This document shows positions 38,071 to 47,228 of a DNA stretch of 64,000 nt, in pieces. A model generated the notes under the pieces. The model saw only the letters and a list, made by a program, of their open reading frames with translations, was not told the origin of the DNA and did no database searches. The DNA is taken from NCBI GenBank assembly GCA_965112635.1, contig OZ218778.1:2048001-2112000 (forward strand), written 5' to 3'. The position numbers and the translations under genes were made by a program. The first letter of the stretch is position 1. Every line of letters starts with the position of its first letter. The DNA is from an uncultured bacterium (GTDB lineage Bacteria > Oederibacteriota > Oederibacteriia > Oederibacteriales > Oederibacteriaceae).

Positions 38071-38514
38071 ATGAGCAATAAGTCTGTCCAAAAGATGCTT
38101 TTGTTGAAAGTGGGCATATATAGCGGAACAATTTCGGGCGCCTTGGTTGGATTAGCCTTTCTAGTTAATGGAAAAGATTTGAAGTACTTGCCGTTATGGT
38201 TGATTGTTTCTTTGTTATTTTTTGGTTTGTTAGGTTATCTATTCATAATAGCAATTGATGAATTTTGTGTTGATTTAGGGGTAAACCCAAGGGATTTTAT
38301 TTCAAAACAAAACAAGGATCAAGTTAAAAAAAATATCAATTATAACGATAACAAATATGCCGGAGTGCCTGTTGAAGGAATAGGCATAAATAATGGTGAG
38401 ACCTTTACAAAGCAAAAGCAAAACATTATTGGCTCAGAAAAACCCCAAGATGACATTAAACCATTTGATTTTGCTGAAATTACGGCAAGAAATGATAGCG
38501 GCTCGGAGGTTTGA
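38071..38514 (+). CDS. Hypothetical two-TM membrane protein
   Basis: Two hydrophobic helices then a polar tail; SD GAGGG. Confidence 0.6.
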   Translation: MSNKSVQKMLLLKVGIYSGTISGALVGLAFLVNGKDLKYLPLWLIVSLLFFGLLGYLFIIAIDEFCVDLGVNPRDFISKQNKDQVKKNINYNDNKYAGVPVEGIGINNGETFTKQKQNIIGSEKPQDDIKPFDFAEITARNDSGSEV

Positions 38515-38600
38515 TTTTTCATCAATGTTTGATATAGTTTGAATGGCATTTCTTGGAAATATTTAGTTATCTGTTTTCTTGATTTTAGTGAAGAAAGAGG

Positions 38601-40085
38601 ATGCTTGTGGAAAATAAACCTAGTATACCCGCCAACAATACCGACAGCCAGCAGAGACCCAAAGGCAAAATAGATTCACAAGTGTTTATTCAAGTTTCCA
38701 AAGATGAAAGTTCGGCTACCATTACAGTAATACCTCCTCAGCCGGGTGGAAAGTTAGTCGCTGAAGAGGATATTCGTTTGGCTCTAGCTACTGCGGGTGT
38801 TGTTTATGGAGTCAAGGAGGAAACCGTTGCGAATATTATTGCAAATCCCCCCAAAGATGATGTTCTTGAAACAGTCATTGCGACTGGAGAAAAGGGGGAG
38901 CCAGGGGTTGACGCTTCGATAGAATTTTTTATCGATATAAACAAGAAAGAAAAAGAGCTGAAGCCTGAAGAATTAGAAGACGGACGCATTGACTATTACA
39001 ATATCAGTTCGATCCAAAATGTAACCAAGGGGAAGCAGTTAGCCAGGAAGATCCCGGCTACCCCAGGAAAGCCTGGAAAGTCCGTCACCGGTAAAGAAAC
39101 ACCTCCTGTGCCCGGTAAAGATATTTCTGTTGTTGTGAGCAAGGGTGTTGAAAAATCGCCAGATGATGAGAATTTGTTCTTAGCGGCAATCGATGGCCAA
39201 GTCGCCTATAACGACAAGAAGTTGCAGGTTCTCTCCATCTATGAAGTAAAGGGTGATGTAGATTTTTCCATTGGCAATATTGATTTTGTAGGGAGCGTCA
39301 TTGTTCATGGAAATGTGAAGGATGATTTTAAAATTCAGGCGGGCGGTGATATTTTAGTTGACGGAGTCGTGGAGGGAGCGCAGGTCATTAGTAGCGGCAA
39401 GGTCACTTTAAAGGGTGGAGTGTTAGGTCACGACCATGCCATTATTAAAGCCAAGGGAGATATTGTTGCAAAATATTTGCGTAATTGCACCGCTGAGACA
39501 GAAAAAAATATCGTAGTCAATGAAGCCATCATGCATAGTAAAGTAACGGCTGGTGAGAAGATCGTTGTTTCCGGGAAAAAGGGGCTGATTGTGGGAGGGT
39601 TAACCATCGCTGGATCCGAAATCACAGCGAAAGTTTACGGCTCCAACTTCGCAACTTTAACTGAGCTTGAGGTGGGGACTAAACCCCAGACCCGCGAGGA
39701 AGTCCTAGAGCTGACTGCAAAAATTCAACATACCGAACAGGAGTTGGATAAAATCAAAAAAGGCCTGGCCTTTTTAAAGGAGTTGGCTACAAAGACCCCA
39801 GGGGGGCTTCCTGCGCCCCGCAAAGAAATGATGGCCAAGCTAACTCGAAATCAGTTCAGTTTGATCGCTGAGCTCAAGCCCCTCCAGGAACAGTTGGTAA
39901 CACTGGAGAGAGAGGAAGAAAAGATCCGGCTTACTAAAAAAGGCCGGATAATAGTCATGGGAATGATGAATACCGGTGTAAAGATCACCATTCAAAAGGC
40001 TTACAGACAGGTCAATGAAGAGCTTAAATATTGCACAATTCTTGAGGATAACGGTGAGATCAAAATAGGTCCCTACAAGGGATAA
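38601..40085 (+). CDS. fapA: FapA / DUF342 family protein
   Basis: GRIDYYN..V.KG.QLA, VDFSIGNIDFVG beta-helix, GLIVGG. Confidence 0.88.
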   Translation: MLVENKPSIPANNTDSQQRPKGKIDSQVFIQVSKDESSATITVIPPQPGGKLVAEEDIRLALATAGVVYGVKEETVANIIANPPKDDVLETVIATGEKGEPGVDASIEFFIDINKKEKELKPEELEDGRIDYYNISSIQNVTKGKQLARKIPATPGKPGKSVTGKETPPVPGKDISVVVSKGVEKSPDDENLFLAAIDGQVAYNDKKLQVLSIYEVKGDVDFSIGNIDFVGSVIVHGNVKDDFKIQAGGDILVDGVVEGAQVISSGKVTLKGGVLGHDHAIIKAKGDIVAKYLRNCTAETEKNIVVNEAIMHSKVTAGEKIVVSGKKGLIVGGLTIAGSEITAKVYGSNFATLTELEVGTKPQTREEVLELTAKIQHTEQELDKIKKGLAFLKELATKTPGGLPAPRKEMMAKLTRNQFSLIAELKPLQEQLVTLEREEEKIRLTKKGRIIVMGMMNTGVKITIQKAYRQVNEELKYCTILEDNGEIKIGPYKG

Positions 40086-40094
40086 AGGATCTTT

Positions 40095-40427
40095 ATGGTT
40101 AGACCGATCGATATCCAGAATATTTATTTTAGAACCGCCGATCTAGAAAAAATGCAGCAGAACCAACAGCAACAGATGAGTAACCAGCAGGTGGGCCTAG
40201 GTTCTGAGTTCCAGAAAAGGGTCGTCCAAAGGCAGGCCCAGGTCCGGCAAACTAACCCTTCAGGCAAAATTGAAGCAACAGAAGAAAAAAACGCCAACCC
40301 CTCAAGACGGAAGAGAAGCCAGCCTTATCGCAGGAATAAATCATTAAAACAAAACAGTGAGTCTGGCAGCGAAAGCGATTCTGCGTCTCCTGATGCTCAA
40401 CAGAGCGGTTTCAATTCGCTAGCATAG
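40095..40427 (+). CDS. Hypothetical flagellar-cluster protein, Gln-rich
   Basis: N-terminal RPIDIQ motif, as recalled for the small gene following DUF342 in Clostridia-type clusters. Confidence 0.6.
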   Translation: MVRPIDIQNIYFRTADLEKMQQNQQQQMSNQQVGLGSEFQKRVVQRQAQVRQTNPSGKIEATEEKNANPSRRKRSQPYRRNKSLKQNSESGSESDSASPDAQQSGFNSLA

Positions 40428-40520
40428 TTAGGCGGGCCTAGGCGCTAGGGCTCAGGTTATTAGCGATGATTAGATTAGGAAAGCGCACGCATGGTTTAAA
40501 TACCTTGTGTACAATAAAAT

Positions 40521-40548
40521 AAGGAAGGGCAACCTTCCTTTTTTCTTT
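40521..40548 (+). terminator. Intrinsic terminator-like hairpin inside the cluster
   Basis: AAGGAAGG-GCAA-CCTTCCTT then TTTTCTTT, directly before the next SD. Confidence 0.65.
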
Positions 40549-40561
40549 AGGGAGAATAATT

Positions 40562-41191
40562 ATGTATTATATTTTTGTAGTCCTTCAAATCACTATAGAT
40601 TGTTGTTTCGTGGGTTTACTTCTGCATTATATCTATCGTCTGGTCAAGCCGTCTGGAAGCTCCATAATCTATAAGGAATTTTTGGAAATGCAAGATAACA
40701 TCACCGAGCTTACCTTAGAACTTAACAAAATTAGCCAGCTGACATCTGGTGATATTGAAAAAAAACTTGGGCAATTAAAAAAATTTGTTGAAGCGGCTGA
40801 CCGCAGAATTGAAAAAATAAAGAAAGCAGCTTCACAGGGTCATCTTACATTAGAGAAAAATGAGAAAACCCATAAACAAACGGTCAACACGCAGCCCCCT
40901 TCGGTCCCTCAGGCTGAGCCGTTGGGCAGTTCTAGCCAGAATAAATTCCAGACACCGGAGCCTGCCAAATGGGCTTCTCGCTCTGGTGCGACAGGGCAGA
41001 ACAAAGTTGATTTGCAGAAAATAACAGAAAAAATCAATCCTCCCAAACCCAAACCATTAAAAAAGAAAAAGTATTTAATGGTTACTGAGTTATTTGCCAA
41101 AGGGAAAAATGCCAAACAGATTTCTGAGCTCCTTAGTATGAACGAAGGGGAAGTGCAGCTCATTCTAAATTTAAATAACAAAAACCTTTAG
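40562..41191 (+). CDS. SwrB/DUF2802/DUF6115-like membrane-anchored protein
   Basis: N-terminal TM, coiled coil, C-terminal HTH-like GKNAKQISELLSMNEGEVQLILNL. Confidence 0.65.
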   Translation: MYYIFVVLQITIDCCFVGLLLHYIYRLVKPSGSSIIYKEFLEMQDNITELTLELNKISQLTSGDIEKKLGQLKKFVEAADRRIEKIKKAASQGHLTLEKNEKTHKQTVNTQPPSVPQAEPLGSSSQNKFQTPEPAKWASRSGATGQNKVDLQKITEKINPPKPKPLKKKKYLMVTELFAKGKNAKQISELLSMNEGEVQLILNLNNKNL

Positions 41192-41204
41192 TGGAGGAAT
41201 TGCC

Positions 41205-43802
41205 ATGGCTGTTGTAAACGCCACAGGTCAAACAGTTAATATTTATTTGGCGCCGAAGGATTGGCCTGATTTAAAGCAAAGCCTACAACCTGGCCAGCGT
41301 CTTACAGGAAGGGTCGTGGAGCTTTTTCCAGACAACAAGATGCTCTTAAATATTAAGGGCTTTAATGTTGTGGCCGAGTCGCCAAATCTTACTTTTCAAA
41401 AGGGAGACATTTTGAATGCCCAAGTGACGAGCCTTGGTGATAAAGCCATTCTGAGGGTACTGCTGCCTGAGTCTGCGGCTGCAGGTATGATTGAACAGTC
41501 AACTTCCCCGGATATCATGGGCATTGTCGGCAGTTTAAAAGTGCCTCTTAATGAGCAGAGCCTGACCATAGCAAGGCAGCTTATAAACAATAACATTCCT
41601 GTCACAAAGGATAATATTCTTGAGGTCCTCAATGGCGTGAGAGGTCTTTCGCAAAATACTGCTTCTGCAGGATCAAATGGGTTCAGTACCATCTCCCAAC
41701 TAGTAAACAATTTTGATGAGATCCAAAACAAGCTTTCAGAACTAGAAGCCAGATTGCAAACTATGCCCAATAGTTCTCCCATGCTCACATCTTTATCGGC
41801 CTTGAAGAATAATCTCAGGCAGCAGATGAATTTTATAAGCCAAATTCAAGATGAGGCGGACGGCAATCAACAATCTATAATTTTAGAAAATAATTCTGGA
41901 GAAAATATATTAGCTCAACTTCAAGGTGTTCCGCTTACTGATGGCGGGGGTGACAATTTTGCCAATTACATTAGTGGTTTTGAAAAGTTCTCCGAAAATT
42001 ACGCTGCGTTTACCGCGGGCGGCCAGGATCTGAATCCTTTAAGCTTGTCTAATTCTATCTTGGACCTCCAAAAGGCTGCCTTGGATGTTTTCAAGCAAGA
42101 CCGAATAGTCGCGCAAAATCCAGGATTTTTAAATAGTGTTGGATTATTTCTTGCAGGGCAGCGGCAATTCATCAATGCCCAGATCCAAAATTGGCAAAAC
42201 CAGTTGGCTTCTTGGCAGGCTGGTTTGACATCACAAAGCGGCAAAAGCCTGAACGGCCTTTTGCAGGATCTGAGCCGCAATATTGGCGCCAATTATCCAA
42301 CGAGCCAGATCCAGAATCAGGCTTTTCAGGGATTGTTCCTGAGAATGAGTAAAGTTGCGACAACTTCTGAGGAGGAAAGCGCTATCCAGACGCTCGGGAA
42401 AGATTTTCAGGAAGTTTCAGCGCAGCAGATTGGTAATATCACCAAGGGCTTCGAGCAGGTGTTTGGCAGCGTTCCATTCAAGCAAATGGAGCAGATGGCA
42501 TCAGGTTCAAGCGATGGAGCTCTAAAAAACATGGTGGGACTGTTAAAAGACCAAGCATCTCTATTGAAGGACGGAGTATTTATGTCCTCTTCCTTAGACG
42601 AGGCAGATTTGACGGCAGCCAGGGATATCTTGCTCCAAACCGCAGGGGACGATGCCGGGAAGCGTCTCGAAGTTAACAATTTTTTTATCGGTCTTTCAAA
42701 TCTTGAAGATAAAGTTTCCAGCTGGAATAACCATAGCGGGCTGGAAACACTCAGCAATATCGCTCTAGACCCTAAGCAGGCGAACCTACTGCAGAGAGTA
42801 ATGGGGCGCGTAAGTTCTCCCGAGGGTTCTGTCTGGGAGAAAAAGGCAGCGGCGGAGGTCCAGGATACCCTGAGCCGGTCCTCCGGGCCTTTTTCACGAG
42901 GAGGCATTACTCTAAACCAGGCCGTTGAAATAGCTGTTTTTTTAAAGGCCCATTCTTTACCCATCAATGGCGAATCGTTAAAAATAGCGAAATACTTTCT
43001 GACGACCAATCCAGCTCTTTCCCAGGAAATAGAGTCGATGAAGGCGGAGATTGCCAGTTTGCGCAATAGCGGAGCGCTCCCCAAGAGTTTAGAGACCGAA
43101 ATTGGAAATTTTATGCAAACCTATGCGGAAGTATCCCTAAAATTGAACCAGGAAAGAATTTCTTCTCAGCTGGAAAGCTATGTTGAAAACGGCGGGATCC
43201 AGTTAGAAAGCAAGTTGAGGAGCGCGCTGGGTGACCCTACCCTGCAGAATACCATTCAAAATGACCTGAAGGGGATCCTTGGGAAGATAAGCCATTCTTT
43301 AAATAGCAGCACCGATCCTCAAAATGAAACTTATAAGAACCTCCAGCAAAAAGTCGAGTCGGTCCTGCAGACCATCACGGGTCAGCAGATGATGAATAAT
43401 TTATCGCCTCAGATCCCCACCAGGACCATCTATCTCCAACTGCCTTTCTGGCTGAACCAGGGGATGCAGCATGGCGAGGTCATGATCCAATACCGCAATA
43501 AGAAGAAGCTGGCCCTCAAAGGGCCGGATCCGGTCAATTTGCTTTTTACCCTTCAAACGAGCAGGCTGGGCGAAGTAAAAATAAAAGCTCAGCTACAAAA
43601 TGACAGAGCAAATATAAAAATAAATTTTGCCAATGAGACCTTGGCCCGATGGGCTTCGCAATTTGAGCATGAGCTTAAATCATCCATGGGCCAATTTGAA
43701 CTTAATCTTGATCCGGTCCAGTGGGGGTCCGCTGACAGGGAAGATAGGGTTGAGGAACCCCCAGAGCAACCTTATCCTGGAAAAATCAATATTAAAGTCT
43801 GA
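41205..43802 (+). CDS. Second FliK-like protein (YlqG-like)
   Basis: N-terminal beta domain LQPGQRLTGRV; C-terminal YLQLPF..LQTSRLGEV..INIKV; paired with a FlhB-C paralog. Confidence 0.65.
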   Translation: MAVVNATGQTVNIYLAPKDWPDLKQSLQPGQRLTGRVVELFPDNKMLLNIKGFNVVAESPNLTFQKGDILNAQVTSLGDKAILRVLLPESAAAGMIEQSTSPDIMGIVGSLKVPLNEQSLTIARQLINNNIPVTKDNILEVLNGVRGLSQNTASAGSNGFSTISQLVNNFDEIQNKLSELEARLQTMPNSSPMLTSLSALKNNLRQQMNFISQIQDEADGNQQSIILENNSGENILAQLQGVPLTDGGGDNFANYISGFEKFSENYAAFTAGGQDLNPLSLSNSILDLQKAALDVFKQDRIVAQNPGFLNSVGLFLAGQRQFINAQIQNWQNQLASWQAGLTSQSGKSLNGLLQDLSRNIGANYPTSQIQNQAFQGLFLRMSKVATTSEEESAIQTLGKDFQEVSAQQIGNITKGFEQVFGSVPFKQMEQMASGSSDGALKNMVGLLKDQASLLKDGVFMSSSLDEADLTAARDILLQTAGDDAGKRLEVNNFFIGLSNLEDKVSSWNNHSGLETLSNIALDPKQANLLQRVMGRVSSPEGSVWEKKAAAEVQDTLSRSSGPFSRGGITLNQAVEIAVFLKAHSLPINGESLKIAKYFLTTNPALSQEIESMKAEIASLRNSGALPKSLETEIGNFMQTYAEVSLKLNQERISSQLESYVENGGIQLESKLRSALGDPTLQNTIQNDLKGILGKISHSLNSSTDPQNETYKNLQQKVESVLQTITGQQMMNNLSPQIPTRTIYLQLPFWLNQGMQHGEVMIQYRNKKKLALKGPDPVNLLFTLQTSRLGEVKIKAQLQNDRANIKINFANETLARWASQFEHELKSSMGQFELNLDPVQWGSADREDRVEEPPEQPYPGKINIKV

Positions 43803-43810
43803 GGCGGGTT

Positions 43811-44098
43811 ATGGCCACTGAGCGCGAAAAAAGAAAATCCGTAGTTGCTATAAAATTTCAACCTGGCCAACAGAGCACTCCCGAAGTGGTGGCAAAGGGC
43901 CGCGGGGTCATTGCCGAGAAGATAATCGAAATAGCCAAACAGAACAATATTTTCATCCATGAAGACCCTGACCTGGTCGAGGTCCTTTCCAAGCTCGATA
44001 TAAAACAGGAGATCCCGCCTGACCTTTATAAAGTAGTCGCGGAAATTTTGCTTTTTGTTTATAAACTGAACAACCGTGGTAAAATCCAAAAGAGGTAA
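43811..44098 (+). CDS. Stand-alone FlhB cytoplasmic-domain protein (YlqH/FlhX-like)
   Basis: PEVVAKGRGVIAEKII..EIPPDLYKVVAEIL. Confidence 0.9.
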   Translation: MATEREKRKSVVAIKFQPGQQSTPEVVAKGRGVIAEKIIEIAKQNNIFIHEDPDLVEVLSKLDIKQEIPPDLYKVVAEILLFVYKLNNRGKIQKR

Positions 44099-44130
44099 AG
44101 GCATTTTTTGTTTACTCCAGGAGGCTTCTT

Positions 44131-45291
44131 GTGGTTCGTAAAGCAGGGATAACCTTTTTATTGATCGCTGTTCTTGGGTTACTCTTTTTTGGCTCCACTG
44201 TTCTTGCCCGTTCAAATAACGCGGTAGCCTACAATAATGCCGGAGTTGAATACGACAACAGAGGCATGGTCGATGACGCGATTGACGCCTATAGAAAGGC
44301 CATTGAGATGGACAGCGATTATCCCGATCCCTATTACAACCTGGGCGTCCTTTATTATGAGCAGAAAAAATACGACTCCGCGGTGGAATATCTTAGCCAA
44401 GCGGTAAAACTAAAAAGTGATTATGCCGAAGCACATCTTTATTTGGGGTTTACCTTGATGAAAACGGACGTAATGGATAAAGCGCAAGCTGAATTTGAGG
44501 AGGCCCTTAAAATTAAACCCATGCTGGCAGAAGCCTATTATGGGCTAGGTCTTGTCTATAGCAAGCAGGGCGACTATGCCAAAGCCAGGGAGTTTGCTGA
44601 AAAAGCCCTAGCCATCAATGCTCAAGATGCTAAAATTTTGAATTTATTAGGTTTGACCCTTTACAAAACCGGGGCCTATCCGGATGCTCAGACGAAATTT
44701 GAGCAGGCATTGGATATTGATCCGGAAAACGCGGAAATCTATTATAACTACGGGAATTATTATTTTGAAATGAACCAGTGGGACAAAGCTCTTTCCAAAT
44801 ACGAGGAGATGAAAAGACGCAAACCTAACGGTTGGCCTGACGCTTTAGTCTCCATGGGGATTTGTTATTTGCGCAAAGGCGATCAGGGCAAAGCAGCTGA
44901 ATTTTTTAAAGAGGGCATGAAATATAAACTTTCCCAGCCTTTAGGGAGTTATTATTATGCTATTGTGTGTTTGAACAAGAACAATGCCGAGGATGCCATC
45001 AAATACTTGAACCAAGCGGTTTATTGGGACAATAGTTTGAGCGCCAAGGCTTACAGCGACGAAGAACTGGCGGGTTTGAAAAAGGACGCCCGGTTTTTCC
45101 TGATTGCCAAGCCGTTGCCGACGCCGACGGCAGTTCCGATCTCTCCCGCAAAAAAGTCCCAAGCCAAATCTGACAAAGTTGAAGCCAAATCAGAAACCCC
45201 AGGGCCTACTCCAGTGCTTACTGCGGTAAACACTCCCGTTCCGGCTGTGTCCAGCACCACTAGTACGCCGAGCGGCGGCGCTGCCCAATGA
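44131..45291 (+). CDS. Exported TPR protein with P/T-rich tail
   Basis: Signal peptide and multiple TPRs (YYNLGVLY, AYYGLGLVY). Confidence 0.85.
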   Translation: MVRKAGITFLLIAVLGLLFFGSTVLARSNNAVAYNNAGVEYDNRGMVDDAIDAYRKAIEMDSDYPDPYYNLGVLYYEQKKYDSAVEYLSQAVKLKSDYAEAHLYLGFTLMKTDVMDKAQAEFEEALKIKPMLAEAYYGLGLVYSKQGDYAKAREFAEKALAINAQDAKILNLLGLTLYKTGAYPDAQTKFEQALDIDPENAEIYYNYGNYYFEMNQWDKALSKYEEMKRRKPNGWPDALVSMGICYLRKGDQGKAAEFFKEGMKYKLSQPLGSYYYAIVCLNKNNAEDAIKYLNQAVYWDNSLSAKAYSDEELAGLKKDARFFLIAKPLPTPTAVPISPAKKSQAKSDKVEAKSETPGPTPVLTAVNTPVPAVSSTTSTPSGGAAQ

Positions 45292-45782
45292 GGGCTAGCA
45301 GCAACCCCAGGACTACCCGTTTTTTCCCCACCTTCATCCTTTTTTTGATACCAACAATTTTAAGTATGGCGGGTTTTTTATATGGGGACCAAGAAAGCAA
45401 CTACTGGGGGCCCTGGGAGCCATCCCATTCGGAGGCTTCCAATGGTTCTATCGAAAGCCGCAAGCCTGAAATTTCTAGCGATGCAGGCGAAATCACCACG
45501 CCAAAACTGGTTTTTCAAGCTGTGATCAAGTTCTACCAGGTATTTATTTCCCCGGCCATTCCTTCCCGGTGTAATTTTAATCCTTCGTGTTCCCAATACG
45601 CTTTTCTGGCCGTTGACCGATGCGGCATTTTGCAGGGGTCCGTGATGGCCGCCGAGAGGCTGATGCGCGACCATCCGGGCATCACGGGGTTATATTATTA
45701 CAATCCCAGGCTTAAGCATTTTGAGGACAGGGTAGAGGATAATATTTATTTTAGAAACCTTTTTGTTTTGTTCCCAATTTGA
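45288..45782 (+). CDS. YidD-like membrane protein insertion efficiency factor with N-terminal extension
   Basis: YQVFISP..CNFNPSCSQY..RLMRDHP. Confidence 0.78.
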   Translation: MRASSNPRTTRFFPTFILFLIPTILSMAGFLYGDQESNYWGPWEPSHSEASNGSIESRKPEISSDAGEITTPKLVFQAVIKFYQVFISPAIPSRCNFNPSCSQYAFLAVDRCGILQGSVMAAERLMRDHPGITGLYYYNPRLKHFEDRVEDNIYFRNLFVLFPI

Positions 45783-45804
45783 GAATGAGGAAGGGGAGCT
45801 TGTT

Positions 45805-46701
45805 ATGAGAATAAAATTATCAGTCTGCTTTTTGATCTTTCTGGCGCTTTATAGCTGTCCCCGGATCATTTTTGGACAAGCCCCGATCTCTAACGAGGCC
45901 TCTTTAAAGTTTGCGGACAGCCTTTTCGAGGATAAAGATTATTACCGAGCCGTGGGGGAGTACAAAAGGTGCCTGTTCCTTAGCCCAGCCCGCGCTGATG
46001 CCCAGGAAATCACCTACAAGATTGGTGTTTGTTACCTGAGAGGGAAACAATTCACGGATGCACTTTCTTATTTTGATAAGGCCGTAGAACTGAAGGCCAA
46101 TGGCCCGTGGGCTGAAAAAGCCGAGGTCAAGAAGGGTGATGTTTACTATTATGAAAAAAATTACGCGGATGCCCAGTCGCACTGGGTTGAGTTTTTGAAA
46201 AATAACCCCGAGTCTCCTTTGGCGCCGCGGGCTTTATACCTGCAAGGATGGGCCAAGGTGTATCAGCTCGATTTTCAGGGCGCCCGGAGCGCATTCGAAG
46301 AAGCAAGTAAAAATCCGGGGGCCTGGATGGACATCAAGGTCATGTCCGAGAAGACCACTCAGCGACTTAGAGAAGCTTCAAATATCCCCAGCCGTTCTCC
46401 GGTGGTGTCAGGGCTCTGCTCGCTGGTGCTGCCCGGCCTGGGCCAGCTCTATTGTGGCAGGACGTCGGACGCCATTGCCAGTTTTCTGCTCAATGGGCTG
46501 TTCGGTTATCTGTGCGTCAACGCCGTCCAACGCGAGGACACGGGGGGCACCGCGGTTTGGGGGACCTGTTTTTTCCTTTTTTACAGCGGTAATATTTACG
46601 GGGCCGCAGCTGATGCTTTCAGGTTCAATAAAAGCGCCACGCAGGATTTTGTTTCTCGTCTGGAAACGCTTAAACTTGTGGATATTGAAGAATCCTTTTG
46701 A
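45805..46701 (+). CDS. Exported TPR/BamD-like protein with C-terminal TM2-like membrane domain
   Basis: TPRs then SGLCSLVLPGLGQLYCG and hydrophobic helices. Confidence 0.7.
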   Translation: MRIKLSVCFLIFLALYSCPRIIFGQAPISNEASLKFADSLFEDKDYYRAVGEYKRCLFLSPARADAQEITYKIGVCYLRGKQFTDALSYFDKAVELKANGPWAEKAEVKKGDVYYYEKNYADAQSHWVEFLKNNPESPLAPRALYLQGWAKVYQLDFQGARSAFEEASKNPGAWMDIKVMSEKTTQRLREASNIPSRSPVVSGLCSLVLPGLGQLYCGRTSDAIASFLLNGLFGYLCVNAVQREDTGGTAVWGTCFFLFYSGNIYGAAADAFRFNKSATQDFVSRLETLKLVDIEESF

Positions 46702-46774
46702 TAATGAGGTTAAGAAAAGCTAATATATTAGTCTTGATATAAAAACTTTGCTAAAACAGAGAGCGAGGGGGATC

Positions 46775-47221
46775 ATGGAGCAAGTCCAACGGCGGCAGCT
46801 TACTTTGATGAGGGCCATCGTCACATTTGTCATTGCCTGGTTCGTCCTTGCCGCGGCCGTTTATGTCCTGCAGCTGGTCACCTGGCCCAAGGACGAACTG
46901 CAGTGCCGCATCAACCTGATGAAACTGGACAAAGCGGTCCAGGAGTACAACGCCTCTCACCCCAACGCGCCGCTGACCGAGGATATCCCCCAGGCTATGA
47001 TCGACCAGCTGGGCATACAGACCCATGATTCCAGCGGCAAGGAGATCCACTATTACTTTCTTGCGCCGAGTCCCCATGGGGGCGTTATGGCCAAATGCAA
47101 CGCCCATGAGATCAATCCCATCTCTTTGGAAATCCTAGGTGTAACCATCCTGGCGGTCATTGCCACCTTGTTGCTTCTTTCCTATCAAGGATTTTCAATA
47201 TTTGTCAAAGAGGGTTCTTAA
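46775..47221 (+). CDS. Hypothetical membrane protein with pseudopilin-like Cys pair
   Basis: TM, CRINLMKLDKAVQEYN, KCNAH, C-terminal TM. Confidence 0.55.
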   Translation: MEQVQRRQLTLMRAIVTFVIAWFVLAAAVYVLQLVTWPKDELQCRINLMKLDKAVQEYNASHPNAPLTEDIPQAMIDQLGIQTHDSSGKEIHYYFLAPSPHGGVMAKCNAHEINPISLEILGVTILAVIATLLLLSYQGFSIFVKEGS

Positions 47222-47228
47222 AGAACCC

